Shown here: positions 51,421-62,980 of the stretch, in pieces
Position numbering within the stretch: position 1 is the first letter of the stretch
Layout of the letters: each line of letters begins with the position of its first letter
Assembly (NCBI RefSeq): GCF_009834535.1
Contig: NC_045719.1
Span: 13,082,001 to 13,146,000, forward strand
Length of the DNA stretch: 64,000 nucleotides
Origin: Camelus ferus
Lineage: Eukaryota
Direction: 5' to 3'
Program-made: the position numbers and the translations under genes
The notes under the pieces: model-generated
Told to the model about the DNA's origin: nothing
The model's input: only the letters and a program-made list of their open reading frames with translations
The model's database searches: none

Positions 51421-52024
51421 ACATCAAATAGCCTTCTGAATACCATTCCTGGTTAAACTGGACCTAATTACTATGAAACCAGTAAAGATGGAAATAGCAG
51501 GTTTACTGTAGAAAGTTTCTATATAAAGAGACAACTTATTGGTTGCATTAGCCTTGCATTTCCAACTGTTTAGACAATTTGACTAAATGTAATGAGGTCC
51601 ATATGATTCTTTTTACATAACTAGAAACCTTGGAATTGAAGGCAAGATTTTGTTAGCAAGACTATATTTAATGTAATCAATTTCTTTCTTATTATTATAT
51701 ATGTATTTTCCTGCTCTGTTGTAAAATGTGTATCTTTTTATGCATCTGATATTTATTCGCTCTTTAGCATGTTAAATGTAGTAACAGCCATATGCAAAAT
51801 TTCATTATCTTACATTTAATGACTCTTTTAAATCTTATACTTTTGGAGGAATATAAGAAATACATTTTCTTCCAGTGAGTGGGGTAGCCTTGATAAAAGA
51901 AATTTATGTGTAGATATTTTGAGACTATATAGATATGCTATTAATTTTCAAATTCGTCCCCTCCTCAGATATGGCAGCTATTAATAATTCATGTCTGAAT
52001 TCATTTTTAGTATTAATTAGTATG

Positions 52025-52150
52025 GGACACAGCAACTGAGGATAGGACAAACTCGTCGGAACCAAGATGGTGGAAGATTCGACTTCCCATAGAGCCTCAT
52101 GGCACATCCGCAGGCGCCATGACAGTTCCCATTTAATATGGGCTCTAAAT
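52025..52150 (+). mobile_element. Isolated internal fragment of a MER41-like LTR
   Basis: 52025-52130 aligns to about 53628-53737 ('ggacacagcaactgagga.aggacaaact...aagatgg.ggaagatt.gacttcc...gccatgacagttccc'). No LTR termini. Confidence 0.7.
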
Positions 52151-52555
52151 GGTGATTTTTCTAAGTCTATATTTTTTTCTGTTTATTATTAGAAAGTAGA
52201 TTGTAAACCATTAATATATTTTGCTGTGTGCTTACATTTTCCTAGATTTAGTCAGTGAGAGCCTCTTCAAGATGGCTTCTATGTACTTGCATCTTGCCTT
52301 CAAAAATGTGGAGTGTGTGTGTGTGTATACTTTGTTACTTTCTGGCCAGTTTACCTTCTCTAGCTTTGTCCTAAACTTAGCCATTTCTTCAAATATCTCT
52401 GGTTCCTTTGGGTGGGAAATGGAATGTAGAAGCCAAAGTGTAGGTGCCAGGTATGTTTGTTAGTACAAACATCTTTTAAATGAAATCCTTATCCTAATTT
52501 CTGTTCTAGTTCCTGGCAAATGTCAACAAACCAAGAGACAGACAAATACAAATGC

Positions 52556-52908
52556 TATTAAAAACCAAAATTCAACCAAGTACAATTTGAAATCTAATTG
52601 GCCTTAGTCATTCATGGATTACAGAGCATCCCATCTAGTAAACAGAAAGGCACTCCCAGAAACTGTACAAAAATGAAGGGCTTTTATAAACATGGCAGGA
52701 CAAGGAGATTATTAACAAAAGGAAAGAAAGAATTGTTTCAAGCAAGGTTACTTCACTAATGCTGACCAGGAAGTTCCAGAAATTCCATTCCTGGGAGAGG
52801 TTGAAATTTCAGTTAAGTCTTGATTTGCTGTCTTGGGGGTGAGTGACTTGACCTTGGGACTGTTGTTTCTTTTTTCTTCTTCTATTTTATATTATTTTTA
52901 TTTTAACA
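52556..52908 (-). mobile_element. 3' LTR of the provirus
   Basis: Homologous to 54587-55010 ('aaaattcaac.aagta', 'agcatccca.ct.gtaaacagaaagg', 'ttccagaaatt.cattcctgggagag'). Minus strand begins TGTTAA. Confidence 0.85.
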
Positions 52909-52920
52909 ATTTCCTCCTTT
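52909..52920 (-). promoter_or_regulatory. Polypurine tract
   Basis: Minus strand reads AAAGGAGGAAAT immediately before the TG of the 3' LTR. Confidence 0.8.
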
Positions 52921-53100
52921 GGACCAAATTCTCAGCCTAACTGAAAGATGTGATCAAAATTAAACACACACCCTCAGCTTCCGCTCTGTGGTTCCTGCAG
53001 CTTTGTTGCTGTTCAGTGTAGTATCCATAGGTCATGATGTTTTTTGCCTATTATACCTGTAACATTCACAGGTAAGAGTTTCAGGTTCATAATCCTTAAA

Positions 53101-54260
53101 TCAGTTATTCTCTTTGAATCTTTTCTGACATTCCAGTCTTAGGGAGGTCATTTTCTTGATGCTTGGTGGCTGTGAACATGCTTTTAAAGCTCTTGAGAAA
53201 ATGTAATGTGCTAGGGGATTATTAGCAAGATAATTCCCAATGTTTGGCATGTATGTTGGAGCCATGATCCTCAAGATGCACCCCAGTTTTAAAAAGACCC
53301 ATTGAAGGAGTAACCCTTTTAAGCCAACTGGCTCTCTCAGTGATCTTACAAAGCTGAGTTTCAGCTTCCTCAGAAATATCAATTTAGGTACAGCATGTGG
53401 CACTGGCCATGGTACAGACACCTCTTTGCTGAGCTAAAAGCTAATCCAGGGCTATACTATTACCCAAGAACAGCCTTGGCCAAAGAGTCTAAGGATCTTT
53501 ATCGGGCAGCTAATATCTTACCAATGGACTCTGCAATGTCTTCAAGAGCTAATGTGAAGTGTCTGATCATATTCTCATTTGTATCTACTCCTGAGACAGG
53601 AGGGAAGGGGGCAGGGCACTGAAGGAAGGACACAGCAACTGAGGACAGGACAAACTGGCTAGAACTAAGATGGCGGAAGATTTGACTTCCGGTAGACCTT
53701 GAGCCTCCTGGCACCCACAGGTGCCATGACAGTTCCCAGACTGACCTTAAAAGGCCAAAAATTGGGCATGAGCCCAATTCCTAGAAATCTATGCCCCTTC
53801 CCCAACATAGTTGGAATGATCCTCCTACTTGTTAGCATTCACAGTTCCTGAGCTCATAAAAACTAACAACCTTGTGCCTCATGGTCACTCTCTCTCTTGC
53901 CTTCTGAGATGGCCTGCACTCTATCTGTGGAGTAGGTATCTACTTTTACTTTAAACTGAACACCCCACACCTCATGGCCTCTCGCCCTCTCACCTTTTGA
54001 AATGGCCTGCATTCTGCCTATGAAATGTGTATTTCCTGTGCCACTCTCCCTTCTGAGTGAGAGAGACCGCACTCTGTCTGTGGAGTGTCTGCCTCCCTGA
54101 GTAAACTTACTTTCACTTGACTGTGCTTTCTGTTGAACTCTTTCCTGCACTAGACAAGAACCTGTTCCCTGGCAACATTCCTAACCAGGGAATGAATTTA
54201 TTCACAGGGATTGCCGTGCTCATGCGTTCAAGCCAGGAGTCAGTCAGACTTTGAACACAC
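53101..54260 (-). pseudogene. Decayed retroviral env TM subunit (stops and frameshifts; interrupted at 53592-54177)
   Basis: Manual translation: ...KFIPWLG|VDTNENMIRHFTLALEDIAESIGKILAAR*RSLDSLAKAVL/GNSIALD*LLAQQRGVCTMASATCCT*IDISEEAETQLCKITERASWLKRVTPSMG..., then QTLGIILLII and IFSRALKACSQP. This gives a fusion-peptide-like segment, heptad repeat, ISD-like segment, CX6CC at 53390-53416, membrane anchor and cytoplasmic tail. Confidence 0.85.
53592..54177 (+). mobile_element. MER41-like ERV1 solo LTR nested in env
   Basis: TG...CA termini (tgagacagg...ctggcaaca), 586 bp, with 4-bp TSD ctcc/ttcc. Removing it restores the env frame (WLG|VDTN). MER41-like 'gccatgacagtt' and 'aagatggcgg', plus three imperfect internal copies of 'ccttctgagatggcctgcactct.tctgtggagt'. 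Confidence 0.8.
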
Positions 54261-54564
54261 GCAGGAAGAGAATTGCCTCGCCTGAAGTAAGGGGCCATCC
54301 TAAGTAGCTTTCAAAGCTGTGTGCTGTTGGCGGGCTCTCTGAGTGAGTGGGGGCAAATTTGATCTAGACAGTTACGGATAGATCAGAATCTTTGATGTTA
54401 AATTCAGAAATCTGAAAGCTTATCCCCCTTAGTAATGGCCCTACAGATACAGATAAGGGCATTATCTTTCCAGGGTAATGAACTTAGACAGAGAACTCGC
54501 TGGGTTCACAGGGTGCTACAGGTGTGTTTCTTGTTGTGCTCAAAGCTGTCAGAAGTCTTCTTTG

Positions 54565-54582
54565 ATCCCACTGCTGCCACCA
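54565..54582 (-). promoter_or_regulatory. Primer-binding site, tRNA-Leu
   Basis: Minus strand TGGTGGCAGCAGTGGGAT, 4 nt after the 5' LTR end. It matches 17 of 18 nt of the complement of the tRNA-Leu(AAG/TAG) 3' end (...ATCCCACCGCTGCCACCA). Confidence 0.85.
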
Positions 54583-54586
54583 AATC

Positions 54587-55010
54587 TGTTAAAAAAACAA
54601 AAAAACCCAAAATTCAACTAAGTAAATTTGAACATCTAATTGATTTTATTCAATGATTCATGAATCAAACAGCATCCCACCTGGTAAACAGAAAGGTACT
54701 CTGAGGAGCTGTAGAAAATTGGAAGCTTTTATAGAAATGAGGCAGGACAGTGAGATGATTAGCAGAAGAGAAGAAAGGGTTGTTTCAGGTAAGGTTGTTT
54801 TAGTCTTACCTCACTAGAGCTGACCCAGAAATTCCAGAAATTTCATTCCTGGGAGAGTTTGAAACCATAATTAAGTCTTGCGATTAATTTGTTGTCCTGG
54901 AGGCAAGTGGTTCTAACTTGGGGCTGTTATTTTTCTTCCCCTTCTCCTCATCCTCCTTCCCTTCCTCCTCCTCCTCCCCTTCCTCCTCTTCCTCTTCCTT
55001 CTTCTAAACA
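54587..55010 (-). mobile_element. 5' LTR of the provirus (contains a CCT/CTT microsatellite expansion)
   Basis: Homologous to 52556-52908. Plus strand starts TGTTAA and ends AACA. Adjacent to the PBS. Confidence 0.85.
54930..55005. repeat. Polypyrimidine (CCT/CTT)n low-complexity tract
   Basis: About 75 nt, almost purely C/T. Confidence 0.9.
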
Positions 55011-58000
55011 AACTTTAAATTGAACTGATACCCAATGTTAGAATGTAGGTAAAAATTCTATAGCACTGCCTGCAAATGCTGTAGAGCATTCATCATTACA
55101 ATTACGTACATCAAAAAGCTTATCAGGCTTGAACTAATTATTATAAAAATTAAACTCATTTTTTAACTTACATTTAGATGGTTAGACTTTGAAATAGTTA
55201 ATTAGGATTTCAAAACTTTGAAAATTGGGTTCCTTCTCATCTTAACCAAATTAAAACAATGCTAGATAAATTTAAAATTTTATTAAACATTAAAATATCA
55301 TTTTTTCTAAGAATCTAAGGTGTTTTTTTTTTTCCCAAGGCAAGAACTAATTGCACCATTTAAAATTAATAGCTTGGTTATATACATCTTTTGTTAATAA
55401 TTAGACGTTTAAGTGGGTGTAAAATGTGAACATATTTTTACTAAGGCCTGTGCTATCTTAGACTCAAGCCAGCTTTTGCACTAAGGTGAGAACATACCGT
55501 AGTTCATGAGAGTTGCATTCACTACATTGAAAATCTGGTTGTGGTCACGTATATATGAAGTTACAAATGTGTATGTTAAAAAGGAATATTCTATGATAAA
55601 CTGTCACTCTCTTAGCTCCTAATATATCCCACTCACCAAGTGTTGCTCTTGCTTATAGCATCTAGCAGTACCTGATCGTGTTTAATGATTTTGTTCTTTT
55701 GTTTACTGTCATTCTCCTCCACTAAAATGTGTTTCAGGAGGGCCGAGGCTTTGGTTTTGTCCCTAGCACTGAATAGTGTCTGACTTGTAGTAGCTACTAA
55801 GTGCATAGATGAATGAATCAGTAGTCCATGGTGGAAGGAATAAAAGTGCAGAGCAGGTTGTGATTTTCTGTTGGAAAGACACATAATGAGGCATTGCATC
55901 ATGGGAGATCTGGAAAACCAAAAGGAGACTGAGGGAATGGGGTGAGTGTGTAGGGAGAGTAGGTCAGGCTATGAAGTTCAGGAAAAATAGGTAATAGAGA
56001 AATAGACAAAGTAAAGGAATGACCCAAGTTCCTATTCTTACTGTGTTCTCAAGTGAAGTCTTCTTATGGCCAGAAAGTAAAGGTTCTCACTTTTGGGTTA
56101 ACTTATTTTTCATCTTAAATAAGTACAAATTTAAACTATAATTAGAAAGGTAGTGAAATTAATGTGTGACCATGAAACCATTAAGTCGTTAAGGGAATTC
56201 CGAATCACAAGTGGAAGTCAAATTGAAAAAAAAAGAGTAACCGGCTGTAACATCGTGACAGTACTGTAGTAGTATATTGTCTTTCACAGATTCAAAAGAA
56301 ATAAAAAGAATAGCATCTTTATAAGTGGCACTGTATATAGAGTTTCTCATCTGATGTTCACAATAGCTCTCATGATGCTTGTATTATTATGTCCTTGTAT
56401 AGAGCTTAAAGCATTTGTACACACATCTGGTCACTATGGTCAACATTAAGGCAGCCATCAATACAGTTGTTTACTCTTATTGAACTTCTTCCTATTTCCA
56501 GAAGACCAATATCTATACCTAAATGATGGTGAACATACTACTTCCTGTCATTGGAGGCACTTTTCCTTTTCCTGTTTTGTTTTGTTTTTAGTCTCCTGTG
56601 GACCTGAGGAGTACACAGTGTGATCAGAGGATCAGCGTCTTTTGGAGATTACACATTAGAAATCACGGCAGAAGTCATCCACAGAAACAGAAAGTAGGAA
56701 AGGAGGACCTGAGTGTGTAGCCCACGTCCAGAGACCAGGAGGAGCACCCATGAGAGGGATTTCAAAGGAAGTAGCTCATAATGACAGCTCTGACTTTTCA
56801 TAGGTTGTCTTAGACTCATAAAAGTGGAGCCGAAATAGAACAAACAGTGAAGCTGACAGCAGCCTGGCATGAATCAGAGCAAGTTTCATCAGAAGAAGGG
56901 CGCTACATCACTGTATCCAGTTCTCAGCATCCTCAGGAGAAGGGAGCTGAACACCTGCTCTGGTCCAGGTTGCCAGTGTGGAAGTACATTTCCAAGCCCC
57001 GAGTGTTAGAGAAGAGAGTTACAAATCCTTTGAGTGTGCATGAAGTTTTCTTCATGAATAAGGCAAACAACATAAGGAAAATCGTATCTTTTTTTCTCAT
57101 AAAAAACAACTACATCATTTTAGAAGTACTTATGGAAGCAGAAAACTAAAGACCCTCTTTGAGAAAGCATCTCTCTTTATATTGCTGCTATCCCTCACAT
57201 GCCACAAATGTCTCATGTTGTTTTACAATTATATATTTATATGTCTTTCTGGGTGATATAGCCCTGACCTTGCCTTATTCATTTTTTTTTTTTAATTCCA
57301 AGGCTTAACAGAATGCCTGGTACATAGAAAGCATTCAGTGCACTTTTGCTGAATCGATGAATTCTGTTTGCAGATTGAAAGACACGGCAGTTGTACAGGG
57401 GAAAGGTCACTTTTTAGAGATGATGTTGATCAAATGCTGTGAGAATGAGGCCCAGAAACTGCTGCTGTCACTCAGCACATTTGGTATCAGGGAATCCTGA
57501 TTATATATCAAAGCTTGAGCACCAGAAATAGCTTTATATTGACAATTTTCAGGGGAGGGTACTTATGAATATTTTTTGTGTTTCTCCCTAGTTCATTAAT
57601 GCTTGTGAGCATAAGAGGAAAAGTCACTCGGCACTTTACAACCATAGTTGGGAGAGGATGCATTTACACAAGTTTTTTTCCCCCAAAGTACTAGCTGAAG
57701 GTCATTGAGGTTTTTGCCTAGATCATAGAGGACATCACATTTCCTCTGGACTGATATTTCTGGACACTGTTTGGTACACTTAGAGAAATTTTCTTTTGCC
57801 ACTGCAAAGAGTAGTATAAAACTTTTTGAGTGAAAAAAATGTCAACAAGTATTTCCTGAGATTTGATGCCGTGAGACATTCTAATTGCATACAGTTTTAC
57901 CAACATACTCTCCAAATGTTGGCACTGTAGTTATGTCACGGGGCATTTATTTCTTTTTTCTCTGACCTATTGGAATTTTTTCCTCCCTAACTGTGGGGTA

Positions 58001-58539
58001 GGATACGAAGTGGACCTTAACTAGGTACATAGCTTTTAGCTTACTTTTTTTTTTTTAGCAACTTTTTTTTTCTTCACCAAGACTGCAAAATTCTTAATTG
58101 GAATGCAGAGTGCTCCTTCTCTGCATCTCCATGCTGCCCGAGACATGCCTTAGTCAGGCACCAGTTCACCAAACCTTTACTGTGTTTGCTGAGCCAGACA
58201 TTACAGGAAGTACTGGGGCCGAGCACTGAGCAAGGCAAGCCACGCCCTCTGCTCTTGTGGTCCTTACCGCTGCTTGGGCAGGAAAGATTCAACAACATCT
58301 ATTTGAGGATGGGGAATGGGAGATAAAGAGGACAGCAGAAGTGAAATCTGGAGCTGTCACCCCCTTTAGGAGTTCTAGAAGGTCTGAGAAGTCTTCTTTG
58401 AGTAAATACATTAAGGCTGAGTCTTAGAGTACCCCATTTCCCCCCCAGGCTGTAAAGGGAATTCAGATATTCAAACTGACAATATATTTCTGGACAGTAA
58501 TTACTGTTTCTATAGCTCCATCTCTCTCTCTCTCTCATA

Positions 58540-58660
58540 TAAATACTATATATTATATTATTATATGTTATAATAATAATTATACATTTTATTATATATA
58601 TCTACTTAGATTATAATATTGCAGTATATTCTTTATTTAACAGTATATTATGCATATATA
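58540..58660. repeat. AT-rich low-complexity (TA/TTA) tract
   Basis: Directly visible. Confidence 0.8.
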
Positions 58661-58684
58661 TATAATTGCCAGTTAAATTTTTGG

Positions 58685-59343
58685 CAGCAGTTGTACTCCT
58701 GGGTATCTAGCTGAAGAAAACAAAGATATTAATTTTAAATTGCACCCCTGTGTTCATTGCAACATTATGTATTTAATAACCAAGATATGGAAGCAGCCAC
58801 GTCCAATTGTCCATCAACAGATAAACGGATAAAGAAGTTGTCATATATATGTGTGCATTTATATGTATGCACACCATGATATGTTGGTCATAAAAAAGGA
58901 TGAAATGTTAGCACTTGGAACAGCATGGATGGATCTTGAGGGTACTATGCTAAGTGAAGTAAGCCTTGCAGAGAAGGACAACTATGATATAATTTCACTT
59001 ATGTGTGTAATCTAAAAAACAAACAAAATAAAACATAAACAGACTCAGAGTTACAGAAAATAAACTGGTTGGGAAGGGGTGAAAGAATGGTCAAAAAAAA
59101 GTAAAGTGGATTAAGAGATATGAAATTTGCATCATACAGTAAATAAGTTATGGGGACGTAATGTACAGCATAGGGAATATATTTGGCAATGTTGTGATAA
59201 CTTCGTATGCTGACAGATGCTTACTAGACTAATCTGGAGATCATTTCATAGTGTACGTGTTTATATAAATGTCAAAACACTCTGATGTACACCCAAAAGT
59301 GATATTTTATATCAACTATACTTCAATAATAAAAAAAAAAAAA
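58685..59343 (+). mobile_element. L1M 3' end (L1MA9-like/laurasiatherian) with poly(A) tail
   Basis: 'gcacccctgtgttcattgcaacatta...gtccatcaacagataaacggataaagaag...catggatggatcttgaggg.actatgctaagtgaa...gtacagcatagggaata...tcaactatacttcaat(a)n'. Confidence 0.85.
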
Positions 59344-60082
59344 GACTTCTTGCCACATGATGAAAAAGGAAACCTTGGGTATTTGCAAACCCTAACTGAT
59401 GTCAAAAGCAGTCCCCTTTTCATAAAATATGGGCCAGGGTAAGGATATGTCCAAAGTATGACAGAAGTCCTTCAGGAACAGAAGCAGCATTATTACAAAT
59501 AATAGTTTGAAAGGTTCTCCTGTCATACGTGCAAATTGCCGCATACACCCCCAGTTACACAGTAAAGATTTTACAAATTGATTATTTTTAGAGGCAAGTT
59601 GAAAACTGGAAAACTCATGTTTTCTGACTCCAATTCCAGCGTCCTTTCCTTTACACCACTATGTGGATTGGTTACCTAGGAAGCACTGAGCACCCAAACC
59701 CAGTAATTCATTATGTGAGTGTCACATTCATCCCTTGGGAAAGAGTCTAGATTCGAAAACCGTCTAAAATTCCTTATGGGAGCTTTGTTTCCCTATCCCT
59801 AGAAGGCCTAATATATATATAATTGTAATTGTTTCCCAGCCATCAACTTCTTTGTTGGTGTGATGAAATCAATGGACCCATTCCAGACTAATTCTTTTAA
59901 ATGCATAAAAGAACATGCATAGACTTTAATAAAAATCAAAGAAAAGAAATGCAGCTATAAAAACATCTGTAATCAGAAGTTTTGGAAACAATGTTTTCCT
60001 AGAGTTACACGACTCATAACCTGACACTTCTGGAAAGGTGTTCGTGTTAACAAGTCACTGACGCCGTGACATAAGCATTCTT

Positions 60083-60390
60083 TCTTTATTTATTTTTTTT
60101 ACTTTTTTTTAATTGAGTAATAGTCATTTTACAATGTTGTGTCAAATTCTAGTGTAGAGCACAATTTTTCAGTTATACATGAACATATATATATTCATTG
60201 TCACATTTATTTTTCACTGTAAGATGTCACAAGATCTTGTATATATTTCCCTGTGCTATACAGTATAATCTTGTTTATCTGTTCTGCATTTTAAAATCCC
60301 AGTCTGTCCCTTCCCACCCCCCACCCCCTTGGCAACCACAAGTTTGTATTCTATGTCTATGAGTCTGTTTCTGTTTTATATTTCTATTTT
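60083..60390 (-). mobile_element. Young camelid-type L1 3' end with a perfect 16-bp TSD
   Basis: TGACATAAGCATTCTT at both 60067-60082 and 60391-60406. The minus-strand target reads ttt/aaga, an L1 endonuclease-like site. Confidence 0.9.
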
Positions 60391-62669
60391 TGACATAAGC
60401 ATTCTTAAAGAAGAGAAGTAAGTATCTGCCATTAAACCAGGGGATGCCCCTTTGTTCAGCCCTTCTCCGATAAGGAGCTAAGGAGCTTTTGTGGCTGCTG
60501 ATAGTAAGGTGGATTTTCACAAGCACTCAGGTGTGCACACAGATTCTAAAAAAGCACTATGTGAAGCTGACACCAAGGCAGTTTTCAGTTAGTTGCCTCG
60601 TGGTTCTCTGAATGTAGCCAGCAGATGGAGCACTGCAAAATTATGTGATGGTGAGGCCAGCTGTATATATAGAATGAAGCCTCCCGCCTTATCTGATGGA
60701 ATGGGTCTTTGGAATAATGGAAGATCACTAGGCTTTAGGAAGGAGTAAGGAAAGAGAGGCCATGGAATATGGGGAAAACACTTCTACTAATTGTAAATGA
60801 GAGCAACGGACTTTCCAAGGCAAGGATTTGGCATGGGTATGACTCAACTAGATATTACGTCTTCAGTTATTTATACAAGATAGATTTATAATATTTATCA
60901 TTTCTCTCAATATTAATTGCTTATGTTATGCACAGTATATAATTCTAAATCACTCAAAGCAAAAACAAGCACTTTTCTTGCATGATGTATGTAGTATTCC
61001 GCAGTAAGTGGCTAATAGATTGTGTTGAGTTCCTTATTTGTTCTTTCATGCTTTCTTGACAATGAAGAAAACCAAAACTCATCAGGAGAGTACAATACAC
61101 CCCCTCAAAAACAGGTTTTTCTTCCTTTCTCCCCTCCCCTGCAATAAGTGTCGTTCAAACCATAATTGGACAAATTGCTTTCAAATATGTCAGACTGTTT
61201 TTACATTTCAAACTATGTACACTTTCTCAAGATGCAAATCTGTGAGATATAATTTGTGCAGTGGTATTTTATAGCTGCCATGAAATCTGGCAATTTCCTT
61301 TTGACCGAGGGACCAATGAGTTGCATAGCTTTTCAGCCTAATCAGACTCCAAGGTGCCTGGGGAAACACTACATTCTGCCTGTAAGTCTGGTTGTAACTT
61401 TAGTTCCAGCTGGGAGCTGACCTTGCTTCTTATTCTTTTCCGTCCATCTGTACGGCTTCCAGAATCCAGTCTGAAGTCATTCCTAGGTAGTTGCTTTCAC
61501 AGCCTGGTTATTATTATATTTTTGTAACATTTTGGCAGAGGATTAACCTGGTGCAACCTTCAGGGATCTGTCTGTCCAGCCAACTCAAACATGAGTCAGT
61601 GGAGATCAGGAAATAGCAGTGCCCTGAACTATCCTGTCAGTGGTTTCTGTGTCCAAATTTGTGGAAACACATGCCCACCTCACGTCGTATGAGGCTTTGA
61701 TCTTGGTTTTGCCTGGTGACGTAAACACATTGTATAACTGTGGAATAATGTCTGGCTGTGTTCCTCTGAGTTCGTGAGGCCGCACATCTGACAACATTGC
61801 ATATTTCAGAGGATTCTGAAAGGTTGTACTATGACCATTGGGTAGTATTGTAAAAAAGTAAATTTAGTGGGCTATCATTATTCTGGCATGTACTACGTCT
61901 CTTTAATCATTTGGGAAATTTCTTTTAAGTAAAATCATGTTAATCTGAACTTTCAGTTCTGTATTGTCATACTGTTAGGTTTCTTAAGACTTTAAATGAC
62001 TTTGAAATTTGTTTTCTTTTAGAGCTTAAAGTAGAAAGTTTCTTTTCTTTTTCATTAAATAGTATTGATACCTTTTAACTAAAAATTACAAATATGGGTT
62101 GATTAGTAAAATACAGAATATTACGTACTACCTTTAAACCAAAGTATGTATGGCATTAACAATAGAATTGTGTTTTTGCATGGAAGGATAATATTGTTTA
62201 TTTAAACACTGAGTGGGAAAGGAACTATCCTTATATACACACACACACAAATGAGGAAATAACCTCCAGGTACAATTCAATGTCAATAAAATATGAGTTA
62301 AAATAAATACAATATATTTTTTTCCAACAGGCATGCCCAGTGGGCTGAAACATTTACAAATTGCTAGCAGTATTTTAAACCAGCTTAATTTCAAAGCTTT
62401 CTACTTCCATTTTGACACTATTAAAAGCATTGATGTTCAGGTTTTATTATTACTTTAAATCTGAAAGACATTATGCGCATCGTTGCTAGGGCTCCCGCCA
62501 GGTACGTTTGCATCACTATGTCATATTAGTGCTAAACCCTTCTGCATAATGCACATGGGAACAGACACGTATAGTCACTTTGAAAGTGTTTAAAACTAGA
62601 ATGGGCAAGATCCTTTAGATGGTTTATGTTAAAAAGATTCAGAAATATTGTATTCAGTCTGATTCTTTA

Positions 62670-62980
62670 AAAATTCATTCAACAGATGTGATGGAGCAAT
62701 AGCTGCTTTTCAGGCTTTATGATAGATGAACAAGACATAATATCTGGCCTTGTTGTATTCAGAGACTAGAGGAATAAATCTATATAGGAGCAATTGAAAA
62801 AAAAATACTGCTGTAGGTGCTGTAATAGAGGTTTTTAATACAATCTTAAAGGAGGATCATTTGAGAGCATGGACTGAGGCTGTTGGTGAGAGAGAAGATG
62901 AAGGAAGAAACCAATACTATATGAAATTAGAGATTTAGAAGAGAGTATAATTCATGAAGTGAGGTGCCATTGGTGATGGG
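62670..62980 (-). mobile_element. L2 3' fragment
   Basis: 'attcattcaacagat...gaacaagaca...gtaggtgctgtaatagag'. Confidence 0.5.

Larger units (their letters stand above)
52556..55010 (-). mobile_element. Internally deleted ERV1 (MER4-group) provirus: 5'LTR - PBS(Leu) - env TM remnant - PPT - 3'LTR
   Basis: Two homologous LTRs in the same orientation (52556-52908 and 54587-55010), a PBS next to one and a PPT next to the other, and gamma-type env TM peptide between them. Confidence 0.85.

Noticed and set aside
53101-53777. ORF-track entries 53101-53421 and 53499-53777 as functional proteins or an intact syncytin-like gene
   Set aside because: They are pieces of the decayed env read partly out of frame or into the nested LTR. 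At least three in-frame stops, frameshifts, an LTR insertion and the missing SU and signal peptide rule out a functional Env.
52552-55014. Target-site duplication around the provirus
   Set aside because: The flanks atgc and aact do not match. The element is old, so no TSD is claimed.
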